This document shows positions 18,298 through 28,766 of a DNA stretch of 64,000 nt, piece by piece (the stretch's first letter is position 1; every line of letters starts with the position of its first letter). The position numbers and the translations under genes were made by a program. Source of the DNA: an uncultured Oscillospiraceae bacterium (GTDB lineage: Bacteria; Bacillota; Clostridia; Oscillospirales; Oscillospiraceae); contig CAYNZM010000002.1 in assembly GCA_964401725.1 (NCBI GenBank), positions 3,711 to 67,710 of the forward strand, given 5' to 3'. Under the pieces are notes generated by a model. That model was not told where the DNA came from. It ran no database searches and was given only the letters and a program-made list of their open reading frames with translations.

Positions 18298-19113
18298 ATG
18301 GATGAACTGGAACGCATAAAAAACATGACCCCGGAGGAACAGCAGGCCTACCTCGAAACCCTCCAGGCCTGCGAGCACAACTGCTCCACCTGCGAGGCGG
18401 AATGCTCCTCAAAGGTAAAGAAGCCCGCCAAGGTCGTCCTCATCGTCACGGGCGGCAAGGGCGGCACCGGTAAGAGCGTGATCTCGGTGCTTCTCGCGAA
18501 GGCCATCCGCAAGCAGGGCGCCAAAGCCGCTATCCTGGACGCGGACATCGCCTGCCCGGGCATTCCCGCCCTTCTCGGAATGACCGATCCCGTTCTGGGG
18601 GATATGCCGGAGCTTGCCCCGGTGGAGAACGCCGACGGCATCCCCGTCGTCAGCATGGGCATCATCACCGAGGACCCCAGCGAGCCCGTGATCTGGCCGG
18701 GAAAGGACATGGCAAAGCTGGCTGTGTGGCTCTTTAAGGACACGAACTGGCCGGCTGATCTGGACGTCCTCATCGTCGACATGCCCTCCGGCGCGGGGGA
18801 CATTCCCCTGGAGTATTACACCACCATGCCGGTGGATTACGCCCTGGCCGTGGCGGAGCCGGGGGAGCAGAGCTCCGGCGCTCTCCGTCGGGCGATCAAT
18901 CTCGCGGACATGCTCCGGGTGCCTGTCATGGGCGTCGTGGAGAACTTCGCGGAGGAGGATATGAACATCGCCGAAAGCTGCGAGACCGTCCCCGTAGTGG
19001 CGAGCCTGCCCTACGACGGCGCGATCCGCCGCGCCTCCAGCGCCGGCACCCTGGGACAGTACAATACGGACAAGCTGGATTTCCTCGCCCGCGCGGTGCT
19101 GGAGCTGAGGTAA
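18298..19113 (+). CDS. Mrp/NBP35-family P-loop ATPase (Fe-S cluster carrier-like)
   Basis: Deviant Walker A GGKGGTGKS and an N-terminal Cys-rich segment CEHNCSTCEAEC. Confidence 0.8.
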   Translation: MDELERIKNMTPEEQQAYLETLQACEHNCSTCEAECSSKVKKPAKVVLIVTGGKGGTGKSVISVLLAKAIRKQGAKAAILDADIACPGIPALLGMTDPVLGDMPELAPVENADGIPVVSMGIITEDPSEPVIWPGKDMAKLAVWLFKDTNWPADLDVLIVDMPSGAGDIPLEYYTTMPVDYALAVAEPGEQSSGALRRAINLADMLRVPVMGVVENFAEEDMNIAESCETVPVVASLPYDGAIRRASSAGTLGQYNTDKLDFLARAVLELR

Positions 19114-19117
19114 GGCC

Positions 19118-20446
19118 ATGAGACAAAACGGATTCCTTACAGGGTTCTTGTACGTCCTTCTGGTGTTTCTTGCCGTTGGACTTGCCATCCTGATCTTCTT
19201 CAACTACCGGGCGAACACCGAGCAAATGGCCGCCATCGAGGCGGAGGAGATCGCCGCCGCCGCCACGCCGACGCCGGAGCCCACCGCCACCCCGGAGCCT
19301 ACCCCCACGCCGGACCGGGTGACGGAGACCGTGACCCTCCTGTTTGCGGGGGACCTGGTGGGCCAGCCCGGACTTACCACGGACGCCGCCGCCACGGTGG
19401 ACGAAACCACCACCTACGACTTCTTCGACGAGCTCTCCGGCATCGTGACCTCCCTCGCCGGGGTGGACCTTGCCGCCTGCACCATGGTGGGCACCGTCAC
19501 GGAGGCGGATGCCTACGACTCCGGCTACAACATGCCGGCGGACATCGCCACGGCCCTGGCCGGGTCGGGCTTTCAGGTGGTGAACGCCGCCACGGACCAT
19601 ATCCTGGACCTGGGCTTCGACGGTCTCGCGGAGACCGTCCGCACCATGCAGAGCGAGGGTCTCTATACCGTAGGCGCGTACCCCTCGGAGCAGAGCCACG
19701 GCGCCTTCATCGCGGATGTCCACGGCGTGCAGGTGGCCTTTTTGAGCTACACCTACGGCACCGGCGGCGCCTCCATCGCGGACCGTCCCTGGTGTCTGGA
19801 CATCCTGACCCAGGACTATATGACGGACCAGACTACCGTGGACTATGACCGCATCGACGGGGACATCGCCGCGGTGAAAAACGCCGGCGCGGACGTGGTG
19901 GTCTGCTTTGTCTACTGGTGGGACAGCACCCAGTACTACACCGTCACCCGCCCGAACCAGACGGAGGTAACGGACCATCTCTTCGCTCAGGGTGTGGACA
20001 TCGTCGTCGGCGGCGGCGTGAAGACTGCACAACCCATCGTCACGAGCGTCGTGGAGCGGGCGGACGGCACCAAGGCAAACTGCGTCGCCTGCTACAGCCT
20101 GTCGAATCTCTTAAGCTGCTTCAACGACCGGTACACAAACCTCTCCGCCGCGGTCCGGATCACCGTCAGCCGCGACACCTCCACCGGGGAATGCTGGGTC
20201 AGCGGCGTGAGCTATGACCCGCTGTTCATGCTGGATACCGACGACTACGCGGACTACGTGGAGCCGTCCTACAAATTCCGTCTGCTGAATGCCTACGACG
20301 CCATGGAGAACTACGAGAGCGGCGGATCGACCCTGACGGAGCTTGCCTATGCCGCCGTGGAGCAGGGCGTTTCCGACCTGCAGGACCTCCTGGGGGCGGA
20401 CTATGACGCCGCAAACGGCGGCGTGACCCTGGGATACCCCTACTGA
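19118..20446 (+). CDS. CapA-family (PGA_cap metallophosphatase-like) membrane-anchored protein
   Basis: N-terminal TM segment, Pro/Thr/Glu linker, then a CapA-like core (LLFAGDL..., VVCFVYWW, VDIVVGGG). Confidence 0.75.
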   Translation: MRQNGFLTGFLYVLLVFLAVGLAILIFFNYRANTEQMAAIEAEEIAAAATPTPEPTATPEPTPTPDRVTETVTLLFAGDLVGQPGLTTDAAATVDETTTYDFFDELSGIVTSLAGVDLAACTMVGTVTEADAYDSGYNMPADIATALAGSGFQVVNAATDHILDLGFDGLAETVRTMQSEGLYTVGAYPSEQSHGAFIADVHGVQVAFLSYTYGTGGASIADRPWCLDILTQDYMTDQTTVDYDRIDGDIAAVKNAGADVVVCFVYWWDSTQYYTVTRPNQTEVTDHLFAQGVDIVVGGGVKTAQPIVTSVVERADGTKANCVACYSLSNLLSCFNDRYTNLSAAVRITVSRDTSTGECWVSGVSYDPLFMLDTDDYADYVEPSYKFRLLNAYDAMENYESGGSTLTELAYAAVEQGVSDLQDLLGADYDAANGGVTLGYPY

Positions 20447-21357
20447 AACCACAGCGTCGCCAGTCCATAGGCGATCGACGCGGAGATGCCTCCGCACAGC
20501 GCCCGGCCAAGAACGTGCCGGGCGCATTTTATATCCGTGCCTGCCACCGCGCCGAGGGTCTGGGCGTGGACGCTCAGTCCGCCCCAGCCCAGCAGAAACG
20601 CCGCCGCGGCGAGGTTTTCCGGCGTCGGCGCGGACCCGGCAAAGGACGCGATGCCGCTGCCCAGCTCCACGAAGCCCACCGCCAGCGCCCGCAGGATGGG
20701 CGGCATCCCCGCCGGCATCGGCATAAGGCCCAAAAGCGCGGAGAACAGCACCACATATCCGCACACTGCCAGGGTGGAGGCGAGGGCTTTCGCCGCCGCC
20801 TGGGGAAAGGCCGCTCCGAAGGCAATGGGCTCCGGCGGCGCGGGGAGGGGAGCATCCTCCCCGGCGGCATGCCCGCGCATCAGCAGCCCGACGCACACTG
20901 CCGCCAGGACATGGGACGCATAGAGGAGCATCCCCGCCCGGGGACTATGGAACACCCCGCCCGCCGCGCCGAGAAGGAAGGCCGGACCGGAGTTGTTGCA
21001 GAAGGCCAATAGCCGTTCCGCCTCCGACCGGGTCACAAGTCCGTTTTTTCTCAGCTCTCCCACCACGGACGCGCCCAGGGGATACCCGCCCGTGAGGCCC
21101 AGGACGAAGGCCTGCACGCCCCCGCCGGAGACGCGAAAAAGCCTCTGCAGGGGTCTTCCCGCCGCGCCGGACAGAATCGCCGGAAGCCCCAGCGCGGAGA
21201 GCAGATTTGACAGCACGAAAAAGGGAAACAGCGACGGGGCCAGGGTGGCGGCGCAGACGGAAAGTCCATGCCTCGCACCCTCCGCGGCGTCGGCGGAGAA
21301 GACGACGAGCCCCGCGAAGGCGACGAGGGTAAGCAGAAGGGAAGTATATCGTTTCAT
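20440..21357 (-). CDS. ylbJ: Sporulation integral membrane protein YlbJ-like (nucleoside-recognition/Gate domains)
   Basis: LAPSLFPFFVLSNLLSALG matches the YlbJ N-terminal signature. Start trimmed to MKRYTSL (21357). The gene makes a 7-nt convergent overlap with capA. Confidence 0.7.
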   Translation of the reverse strand: MKRYTSLLLTLVAFAGLVVFSADAAEGARHGLSVCAATLAPSLFPFFVLSNLLSALGLPAILSGAAGRPLQRLFRVSGGGVQAFVLGLTGGYPLGASVVGELRKNGLVTRSEAERLLAFCNNSGPAFLLGAAGGVFHSPRAGMLLYASHVLAAVCVGLLMRGHAAGEDAPLPAPPEPIAFGAAFPQAAAKALASTLAVCGYVVLFSALLGLMPMPAGMPPILRALAVGFVELGSGIASFAGSAPTPENLAAAAFLLGWGGLSVHAQTLGAVAGTDIKCARHVLGRALCGGISASIAYGLATLWFQ

Positions 21358-21433
21358 GCTGCATCCTATGGCGGCGGTCCGGGGAAAAAGTACGGCTTTT
21401 TTGTCCTGGAAGCGCATAGGCTGTCCCGGGGTG

Positions 21434-21706
21434 ATGAACATGAAACAGACGCTGACCGGGCGGGTGGCTGCCCGGTTCGATCTTCCGGCGGAAGCCGCCT
21501 CCGCCGCGCCGCGCATCACGATCTCCGGCGGGGACCGGGTGCTGATCGAAGGGCATCGCGGGCTTCTGGAGTACGCCGACGACCGCATCGCCGCAGCTGT
21601 CCCGAACGGCACGATCCTCGTAAAGGGCGAAGCCCTCCGCATGCGCTCTATGAGCGGACACGAGCTTGTCGTGACGGGAAAGCTCTGGGCGGTGGAGCTC
21701 CTATGA
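21434..21706 (+). CDS. yqfC: Sporulation protein YqfC (YabP/YqfC family)
   Basis: LPAEAASAAPRITISGGDRVLIEGHRGLLEYADDRI is typical of YqfC. Length is 90 aa. Confidence 0.8.
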   Translation: MNMKQTLTGRVAARFDLPAEAASAAPRITISGGDRVLIEGHRGLLEYADDRIAAAVPNGTILVKGEALRMRSMSGHELVVTGKLWAVELL

Positions 21707-22920
21707 GGCCGGACCGCGATCTTATCGGCTGGGCGGCGCTGCGCTGCACCGGCCCGGACCCGGCGGGTTTTTTGACGCGCCTAGCCGAGCAGAACGTCCC
21801 GTTTTGGGATGCGGAGCCGCCCGCAGATTTTTCCGTGAGCTTCCGCGTTCCGACCTGGCAGGTGAAGCGGGTCCGGCGCATGGCGGAGCGGGCGGGGTTC
21901 GAGGTCGCGGCGCTTTCCCGGCATGGGCTTCCGGCGGTGCTGTCCCATCTCCGGGGGCGGTGGCTTCCGGCGGTGCTTCTCGCGGCGCTGGCCTTTTTGA
22001 TCCTCTGGAGCGAGGCCCGGATATGGCGCATCGATATCGAGGGAAATGACCGGGTCCCGGAGGGAGTGCTCCGGCAGGCTCTCGCGGAGTGCGGGGTGGA
22101 CATCGGCTCCCGCTGGGTGGATATGAGCCAGGACGCCGTGCGAAACGGCGTCATCCTCCGCCTGCCGGACATCCGCTGGATGACGGTGACCATGGAGGGC
22201 TCCGCCGCCCGGGTCATCGTCCGGGAGACCCGGGAACGCCTCGATCCCATTCCGGAGGACGAATACGCGAATATCGTTTCGGACCGCACCGGCCTCGTCA
22301 CGGCGGTGTACGCCCTGCATGGTACGGCGGAGGTGGAGCCGGGCGACGCGGTCCTGCCGGGGGAGACCCTGGTCGGCGGGTATGCCACGGGACGCTTCGG
22401 GGTCCAGGGTCCCGTCCGGGCCGTCGGATACGCGGACCTGCGGACCTGGTACGAGATCACCGCCGCGGCGCCGTCCGAGGTCACGGAAAAGCGTCCCACC
22501 GGAGAGAAACGGACGGTGTTTTCCCTTGTTTTTGGCGATACGCGCATAAATTTTTACAAAGGCAGTAGTATTTGTCCGCCCGAATGTGATAAAATCAGTG
22601 TGAGTATGCCGTTGGAGCTGTCCGGTGTGCTCACCCTTCCCATCGCCCTGGAGCGGACTACCGTGACGGCCTATGCCGTCGAGTCCGTTTCCTCCCCGGA
22701 GCTTTCGGAGGAGCTTTCCGCGTCCCTGCTTGCGGAGCTTTCAAAGCGGCTGGGGGACGACGGGGAGATCGTCTCGGCGGAATTCTCCGCCTGGGAGGCG
22801 GAGGGGATGCTCTATGTCACACTCCAAGCGGAGTGCCGCGAGCGGGTGGGCGTGCCCGTCCCCATGACGGAGGCGGAGCTTGCCGCCGTCTACGAAAAAA
22901 TACCACAGACAGAGGAATGA
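21703..22920 (+). CDS. yqfD: Sporulation protein YqfD
   Basis: ATGA overlap with yqfC. The sequence shows the YqfD pattern (central TM segment, IWRIDIEGNDRVPEGVLRQAL). Start trimmed from track ORF 21268. Confidence 0.8.
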   Translation: MRPDRDLIGWAALRCTGPDPAGFLTRLAEQNVPFWDAEPPADFSVSFRVPTWQVKRVRRMAERAGFEVAALSRHGLPAVLSHLRGRWLPAVLLAALAFLILWSEARIWRIDIEGNDRVPEGVLRQALAECGVDIGSRWVDMSQDAVRNGVILRLPDIRWMTVTMEGSAARVIVRETRERLDPIPEDEYANIVSDRTGLVTAVYALHGTAEVEPGDAVLPGETLVGGYATGRFGVQGPVRAVGYADLRTWYEITAAAPSEVTEKRPTGEKRTVFSLVFGDTRINFYKGSSICPPECDKISVSMPLELSGVLTLPIALERTTVTAYAVESVSSPELSEELSASLLAELSKRLGDDGEIVSAEFSAWEAEGMLYVTLQAECRERVGVPVPMTEAELAAVYEKIPQTEE

Positions 22921-22923
22921 CCC

Positions 22924-23919
22924 ATGATCGAACGAACGATGCAGATCGACCGCATGGAAAACGTCATCAGCGTTTTCGGCTCCTTCGACCAGAATCTGCA
23001 CATCATCGAAACGGAGCTCGGCGTCATCGTCTCGAACCGCGAGGACAACATCCGCATCACGGGGGAGGCGGAAAACGTCATGCACGCAGAGCGAGCCATC
23101 TCCGGACTTCTCTCCCTGGCTGCCCGGGGGGAGGCCATCGACGCCCAAAACGTGCGCTACATCATAAAGCTCGTCCAGGCGGGCAAAGAAAACCAGATCG
23201 ACGATCTGGCCCGGGGCGTCGTGTGCGTCACGGCCAAGGGCAAGCCCATCAAGCCCAAAACCATCGGACAGACGGCCTATGTGGACGCCATCCGCCAAAA
23301 CACCGTGACCCTCGGCGTGGGTCCCGCCGGCACGGGCAAGACCTACCTCGCCGTGGCCTGCGCGGTGGCGGCCTTCCGGGAGAAGAAGGTAAACCGCATC
23401 GTCCTCACCCGTCCCGCGGTGGAGGCCGGGGAGCGCCTGGGCTTTCTCCCCGGCGACCTGCAGAGCAAGGTAGACCCGTACCTCCGCCCGCTGTACGACG
23501 CCCTGTTCGACATGCTGGGAGCGGAGACGTACAATAAATACCTGGAGCGCGGCGACATCGAGGTCGCGCCGCTGGCCTACATGCGCGGCCGCACGCTGGA
23601 CGACAGCTTCATCATCCTAGACGAGGCCCAGAACACCTCCCGGGAGCAGATGAAAATGTTCCTGACCCGCCTCGGCTTCGGCTCAAAGGTCGTCATCACC
23701 GGCGACGTGACCCAGATCGACCTGCCCGCGGACAAGGTCTCCGGCCTCAAGGAGGCCATGCGGGTCCTGGAGGGCGTGGAGGACATCGCCATCTGCCGTC
23801 TCACCGGGGCGGACGTGGTGCGGCACGTGCTGGTCCAGCGGATCATCGCGGCCTACGAGAAATTCGACGCCCAGCGCCACAATACAAACGCCAAACCCGC
23901 GCCGAAGGGGAAGAAGTGA
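22924..23919 (+). CDS. phoH: PhoH family ATPase
   Basis: Walker [13 protein letters not shown] and Walker [11 protein letters not shown]. Confidence 0.9.
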   Translation: MIERTMQIDRMENVISVFGSFDQNLHIIETELGVIVSNREDNIRITGEAENVMHAERAISGLLSLAARGEAIDAQNVRYIIKLVQAGKENQIDDLARGVVCVTAKGKPIKPKTIGQTAYVDAIRQNTVTLGVGPAGTGKTYLAVACAVAAFREKKVNRIVLTRPAVEAGERLGFLPGDLQSKVDPYLRPLYDALFDMLGAETYNKYLERGDIEVAPLAYMRGRTLDDSFIILDEAQNTSREQMKMFLTRLGFGSKVVITGDVTQIDLPADKVSGLKEAMRVLEGVEDIAICRLTGADVVRHVLVQRIIAAYEKFDAQRHNTNAKPAPKGKK

Positions 23920-24392
23920 TGGCAAGACTAAAAATGCATCTGCGCTGCGAAAACGGCGTGAAATGCCCTCTGTCCCTCCGCCGACGCATCCATAAAGCCG
24001 CCGGCGCCGTGCTGGACACGGAGGGGATCATCGAAAAATGCGAGCTCTCCGTCCTCCTGACGGACGACGAGGGCATCCATGTTCTCAACCGGGAGTTCCG
24101 GGAGGTGGACAGGCCCACGGACGTCCTTTCCTTTCCCATGGGGGACACCGATGCCCGCACGGGACGGCTCCTTCTCGGGGACATGGTGCTGAACGTGGAT
24201 CGTGCCGCCGCCCAGGGAGCGGAGTTCGGCCACGGCGCCGACCACGAGATCAGCTACCTCACTGTCCACAGCGTCCTGCACCTGCTGGGCTATGACCATG
24301 TGGACGAGGGGGAGATGAAGCGTGCCATGCGTGCCCGGGAGAAAGCCATAATGAAGGTCCTGGAGCCGCAGGGCATCCGGACGGAGGAATAA
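23919..24392 (+). CDS. ybeY: rRNA maturation endoribonuclease YbeY
   Basis: [11 protein letters not shown] zinc motif. Adjacent to phoH and era. Confidence 0.9.
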   Translation: MARLKMHLRCENGVKCPLSLRRRIHKAAGAVLDTEGIIEKCELSVLLTDDEGIHVLNREFREVDRPTDVLSFPMGDTDARTGRLLLGDMVLNVDRAAAQGAEFGHGADHEISYLTVHSVLHLLGYDHVDEGEMKRAMRAREKAIMKVLEPQGIRTEE

Positions 24393-24395
24393 ACT

Positions 24396-25307
24396 ATGTT
24401 TACGAAAACCGCCATGATCACCATTGCCGGTCGTCCGAATGTCGGCAAATCCACCCTTACGAATGCCCTGGTGGGGGAGAAGATCACCATCGTCTCCCCG
24501 AAGCCCCAGACCACCCGCCGCCGGATTCTCGCGGTGACGGGCCGGGGGGACACCCAGTTCGTCTTTGCCGACACCCCGGGCTTCCACAAGGCCCGGACGA
24601 AGCTGGGGGACTACATGGACAACGTGGTCCGTCAGTCCGTGGCGGACGTGGACGCCGTGGCCCTTCTCGTGGAGCCCATCGCCTCCATCGGCCCCCAGGA
24701 GCGCCTGCTCATTGAACGCCTCCGGGAAAACGGGATGCCGGCGGTCCTTGTCGTCAATAAGGCCGACACCGTGGCGGACAAGCGGGAGCTTCTTCCCGTG
24801 ATGGCGCTCTATAGCGAGGCTTATGACTTCACGGACATCGTTCCCATCTCCGCGAAGACCGGCGAGGGAGTGGAGGAGCTTCTCTCCGTCCTCGGGCAGT
24901 TCGCGGTGGAAGGACCGCCGCTCTTCCCGGAGGACTACATCTCCGACCAGCCGGAAAAACAGATCTGCGCCGAGATCGTCCGGGAAAAGCTCCTTTTGTG
25001 CCTCGACAAGGAGATCCCCCACGGCACGGCGGTGGTCGTGACAAAATTCTCCCAGCGGGACGATGAGGACGAGGACCGCCCCGGCGTCATCGACATGGAC
25101 GTGACCATTTACTGCGAGAAGCCCTCCCACAAGGGCATCATCATCGGAAAACACGGGGCGATGCTCAAGAAGATCGGAGAGCTCTCCCGGCGGGACATCG
25201 AGAAATTCATGGGTGCGAAGGTGTTTTTGCAGACCTGGGTGAAGGTGAAGGAAAATTGGCGGGACAGCGACGCGCTCCTGCGAAATTTTGGATTTACGGA
25301 CGAATGA
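24396..25307 (+). CDS. era: GTPase Era
   Basis: G1 motif GRPNVGKST, G3 motif DTPG, G4 motif NKAD and a KH domain at the C-terminus. Confidence 0.95.
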   Translation: MFTKTAMITIAGRPNVGKSTLTNALVGEKITIVSPKPQTTRRRILAVTGRGDTQFVFADTPGFHKARTKLGDYMDNVVRQSVADVDAVALLVEPIASIGPQERLLIERLRENGMPAVLVVNKADTVADKRELLPVMALYSEAYDFTDIVPISAKTGEGVEELLSVLGQFAVEGPPLFPEDYISDQPEKQICAEIVREKLLLCLDKEIPHGTAVVVTKFSQRDDEDEDRPGVIDMDVTIYCEKPSHKGIIIGKHGAMLKKIGELSRRDIEKFMGAKVFLQTWVKVKENWRDSDALLRNFGFTDE

Positions 25308-25355
25308 CACATGAACGCCCTTCCGCGTGGCACACTAATCCCGCGGGGTGGTAAC

Positions 25356-25493
25356 ATGGACAAGATCGAGACCGATCTTTTTTGGCAGTTGTTTTTTGAG
25401 ACGGGCGATCCCCTGTGCTGGATGCTGTACCGGCGCGGGTGGGCGGATCCCCGGCAGGACGGGAAGGGTACGCGAACACCCTTCCGCGGATGA
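25356..25493 (+). CDS. yqzL: YqzL-like small protein
   Basis: A 45-aa ORF between era and recO, exactly as in Bacillus. FWQLFFETGDPLCWMLYRR resembles the YqzL core. The SD is weak. Confidence 0.55.
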   Translation: MDKIETDLFWQLFFETGDPLCWMLYRRGWADPRQDGKGTRTPFRG

Positions 25494-25506
25494 GGACGGT
25501 ACATAC

Positions 25507-26250
25507 ATGTTTGCGACGGTAAGAGGACTGGTCCTGCGGGAGGTCCAGTATAAAGAAGCCGACCGCATCCTGACCGTGCTGACGGAGGATCGGGGAAAGC
25601 TCACCATCAAGGCCCGGGGAGCTCTGCGGAAGAAAAGCCGCCTCGGCGCGGCGAGCCAGGTCCTGTGCTATTCGGAATTCACCCTTTTCGGAAACAAGGG
25701 CAGATTTACGGCGGACGAGGGCTCGACGCTCGAGCAGTTCCTCGGCCTGCGGGACGATATTTCCCTGCTGGCACTGGGGGCGTATTTCGCGGAGCTTCTC
25801 GACACCGTCTGCGCGGAGGAAATGCCGGACGCTCCGGCGCTGCGCCTCGGTCTCAACGCCCTCTATGCCCTCAGCCGGGGGATGCATTCCCCCGAGCAGA
25901 TCAAAAGCGTCTTCGAGATGCGCCTTATGACCCTGGAGGGCTTTCGCCCGGAGGCGGATGCCTGCGGCGTCTGCGGAAAAACAGATGTTTCCGATCCCAT
26001 GTTCGCCCTGGAGGGCGGCATGGTCCACTGCCGGGCCTGCGGGGAGCAGAGTCTCGGCGCGTCGATGCCGCTCGACGGGGAGAGCCTTGCCGCCCTGCGG
26101 CACATCGTGAACGCTCCGGCCCGGAAGGAGTTTTCCTTTGCCGTGTCGGAGACCGCGGGAGAGCGTCTGGCCCGGGTGTGTGAGACCTATGTCCGGCGGC
26201 AGCTGGACCGCAATTTCTCATCCCTTGATTACTGGAAAAGCGTGAGATGA
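25507..26250 (+). CDS. recO: DNA repair protein RecO
   Basis: N-terminal OB fold (GLVLREVQYKEADRILTVLT) and zinc motif CGVCG...CRAC. Start trimmed to MFATVRG. Confidence 0.9.
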   Translation: MFATVRGLVLREVQYKEADRILTVLTEDRGKLTIKARGALRKKSRLGAASQVLCYSEFTLFGNKGRFTADEGSTLEQFLGLRDDISLLALGAYFAELLDTVCAEEMPDAPALRLGLNALYALSRGMHSPEQIKSVFEMRLMTLEGFRPEADACGVCGKTDVSDPMFALEGGMVHCRACGEQSLGASMPLDGESLAALRHIVNAPARKEFSFAVSETAGERLARVCETYVRRQLDRNFSSLDYWKSVR

Positions 26251-28643
26251 CTATGAAATCGAACGAACTCTACGAAAAATCCCTGCGGACCATCGAACTG
26301 CCCGCGGTGCTGGAGCTTCTGGCGTCGAAGGCAGCGTCCGACGGCGCGAAGGAGGCGGCGATGGCCCTGCGCCCGTCGTCCGATCCCCGGCAGGTGAAGG
26401 AGCGTCTTGCAGAGACCACCGACGCAAAGCTCATGGTAGAGGTAAAGGGCAGTCCGTCGTTTTCGGGCTTGAAAGACGTTCGATCGAGCCTTGCCCGGGC
26501 GGACCTGGGCGGCATGCTGAACACCCGAGAGCTTCTCGACATCGCCGGGGTGCTGTTCTGCGCCCGGTCTGCGGCGAGCTTCGCCGGCGGACGGGGGGAG
26601 GCAGGAAGTCTGAAGCGCCTGTTTTCGTCTCTCATGCCCAATCGGTTTTTGGAGGAGAAGATCACGACCTCCATCACCGGGGAGGAGGAGATCGCGGACG
26701 CGGCCTCCCCGGAGCTTGCGGACATCCGCCGGAAAATGCGCGCCGCCACGGCCCGGGTCCGGGACAGCCTGCAGAAGATCATCACCAGCCCGTCGTACTC
26801 CAAGGTCCTGCAGGAGGCCATCATCACCCAGCGGGGCGGGCGGTACGTCGTCCCTGTCCGGGCGGAGAAGAAAGGCGATCTTCCCGGCCTTGTGCACGAT
26901 GTCTCCGGCAGCGGCTCGACCCTGTTCGTGGAGCCCATGAGCGTCGTGAAGGCGAACAATGAGCTCCGGGAGCTGGGGGCGAAGGAGAAGGCCGAGATCG
27001 AGCGCATCCTCCTGGAGCTCTCCGCCGAGTGCGCCGCAAACCGGGGCAACATCGACCTGAACTATACCGTGCTGACGGCCCTGGACCTCATCTTCGCCAA
27101 AGCCGAGCTGAGCTACGACATGATGGCGGGGGAGCCGGTCCTCACGGAAAACGAACTCCTTCTCAAAAAAGCCCGTCATCCGCTCCTGCCGAAGAAAACC
27201 GCCGTTCCCATCGAGCTCACCCTTGGCGGCGCGGCCCACGACACCATCGTCATCACCGGCCCCAACACCGGCGGAAAAACCGTCACCCTCAAGACCATGG
27301 GGCTTCTCTGTGCCATGGCGGGCTGCGGGCTGCACATCCCGGCGGGGGACGGCAGCGCCGTGCCGGTGCTGGAGAGCATTCTGGCGGACATCGGAGACGA
27401 GCAGTCCATCGAGCAGAGCCTCTCCACCTTCTCGAGCCACATGGTGAACATGGTGGACATCCTGCAATGCTGCGGCCCCCGGAGCCTGGTCCTGCTGGAC
27501 GAGGTGGGCGCGGGCACGGACCCCACGGAGGGCGCTGCCCTCGCCATCGCCATTTTGGAATACGCCCGGCAGACCGGGGCGCTGGTGGCGGCCACGACGC
27601 ATTACGCGGAGCTGAAAATATACGCCGCGAACACTCCGAACGTCGTGAACGCCTCCTGCGAGTTCGACGTGGAGACCCTCCGGCCCACCTATCGCCTGCT
27701 GGTGGGCATCCCGGGCAAATCCAACGCCTTTGCCATCTCCAGCCGCCTGGGACTTCCCAATACGATTATTGAAGACGCCAAACGCCGCCTCACGGCGGAG
27801 ACCTCCACCTTCGAGCGCACCATCGAGCGCCTGGAGGAGCAGCGGGTCGCCATGGAGCGCCAGACCGAGGCCCAGGAGCGTCTGCGCCGGGCGGCGGAGG
27901 AGGACGCAAAGCAGGCCGAGCGCATGCGCCGGGAGCTGGAGGTCCGTCTCGAAAAAGCGGAGCTCAAGGCTCGGCGGGAGGCCGAGCGCATCCTGCAGGA
28001 CGCCCGCGCCGCGGCGGACGAGGCCTTCCGGGAGATCGACCGCCAGCGCTCTCTGGATAACGACGCGGAGGACGTCCACTCCATCAATGAGGCCCGGGCG
28101 GAGCTTCGCCGGAAGCTGAACCTCGCGGAGGAGAAGGTCCGAGAGCGGGAGGAGCCCATCCGTCCGGCGGCGGGGGAGGCAAAGCCCTCCCGACCCATCG
28201 CGGCGGGGGACACCGTGGAGCTTCTGTCCTCCGGCATCCGGGCGGAGGTCATCAAAGTAAACGATAACGGAAGCCTCTCCCTCCAGGCGGGCATCATGAA
28301 AGTCACCGCCTCCCCCGAGGAAGTCCGGCTTCTCGAAAACGTCAAAAAGACCAAGACGAACATCTCCGCGGCGGCGGGGGCGTCCCTCCGGGCGGCGTCC
28401 TGCGCGCCGGAGCTGGACATCCGGGGCATGATGGCGGACGAGGCGGACCTGGCCGTGGAGCGCTACCTGGATAACGCCTCCCGCGCCCGCCTCAAGACCG
28501 TCACCATCATCCACGGCAAGGGCACCGGCGCTCTCCGGTCGGCGGTGCAGAATACTCTGCGTCATAATCGCCTTGTCAAGAGTTACCGCCTGGGACGTTA
28601 CGGTGAGGGCGAAACCGGCGTCACCGTGGTCGAACTGAAGTAA
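26247..28643 (+). CDS. mutS2: Endonuclease MutS2 (MutS domain V plus Smr)
   Basis: Walker A GPNTGGKT, LLDEVGAGTDP, and a C-terminal Smr domain (IIHGKGTGALR). ATGA overlap with recO. Confidence 0.9.
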   Translation: MTMKSNELYEKSLRTIELPAVLELLASKAASDGAKEAAMALRPSSDPRQVKERLAETTDAKLMVEVKGSPSFSGLKDVRSSLARADLGGMLNTRELLDIAGVLFCARSAASFAGGRGEAGSLKRLFSSLMPNRFLEEKITTSITGEEEIADAASPELADIRRKMRAATARVRDSLQKIITSPSYSKVLQEAIITQRGGRYVVPVRAEKKGDLPGLVHDVSGSGSTLFVEPMSVVKANNELRELGAKEKAEIERILLELSAECAANRGNIDLNYTVLTALDLIFAKAELSYDMMAGEPVLTENELLLKKARHPLLPKKTAVPIELTLGGAAHDTIVITGPNTGGKTVTLKTMGLLCAMAGCGLHIPAGDGSAVPVLESILADIGDEQSIEQSLSTFSSHMVNMVDILQCCGPRSLVLLDEVGAGTDPTEGAALAIAILEYARQTGALVAATTHYAELKIYAANTPNVVNASCEFDVETLRPTYRLLVGIPGKSNAFAISSRLGLPNTIIEDAKRRLTAETSTFERTIERLEEQRVAMERQTEAQERLRRAAEEDAKQAERMRRELEVRLEKAELKARREAERILQDARAAADEAFREIDRQRSLDNDAEDVHSINEARAELRRKLNLAEEKVREREEPIRPAAGEAKPSRPIAAGDTVELLSSGIRAEVIKVNDNGSLSLQAGIMKVTASPEEVRLLENVKKTKTNISAAAGASLRAASCAPELDIRGMMADEADLAVERYLDNASRARLKTVTIIHGKGTGALRSAVQNTLRHNRLVKSYRLGRYGEGETGVTVVELK

Positions 28644-28700
28644 AAGCACCATAAAAACCCCCTTCGGTCTGTGCAATTCTCCAAAACATGCAAATAGGGT

Positions 28701-28729
28701 TTGCGAAGTCGGGAGAATTTTGGTAATAT
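28701..28729 (+). promoter_or_regulatory. Candidate ptsH promoter (TTGCGA-17-TAATAT with TGg extension)
   Basis: Read directly from the sequence. It lies in the AT-rich gap after mutS2. Confidence 0.5.
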
Positions 28730-28766
28730 AAGGACAGAATGTAATGTGTAAAGGATTGGTGTGCAC

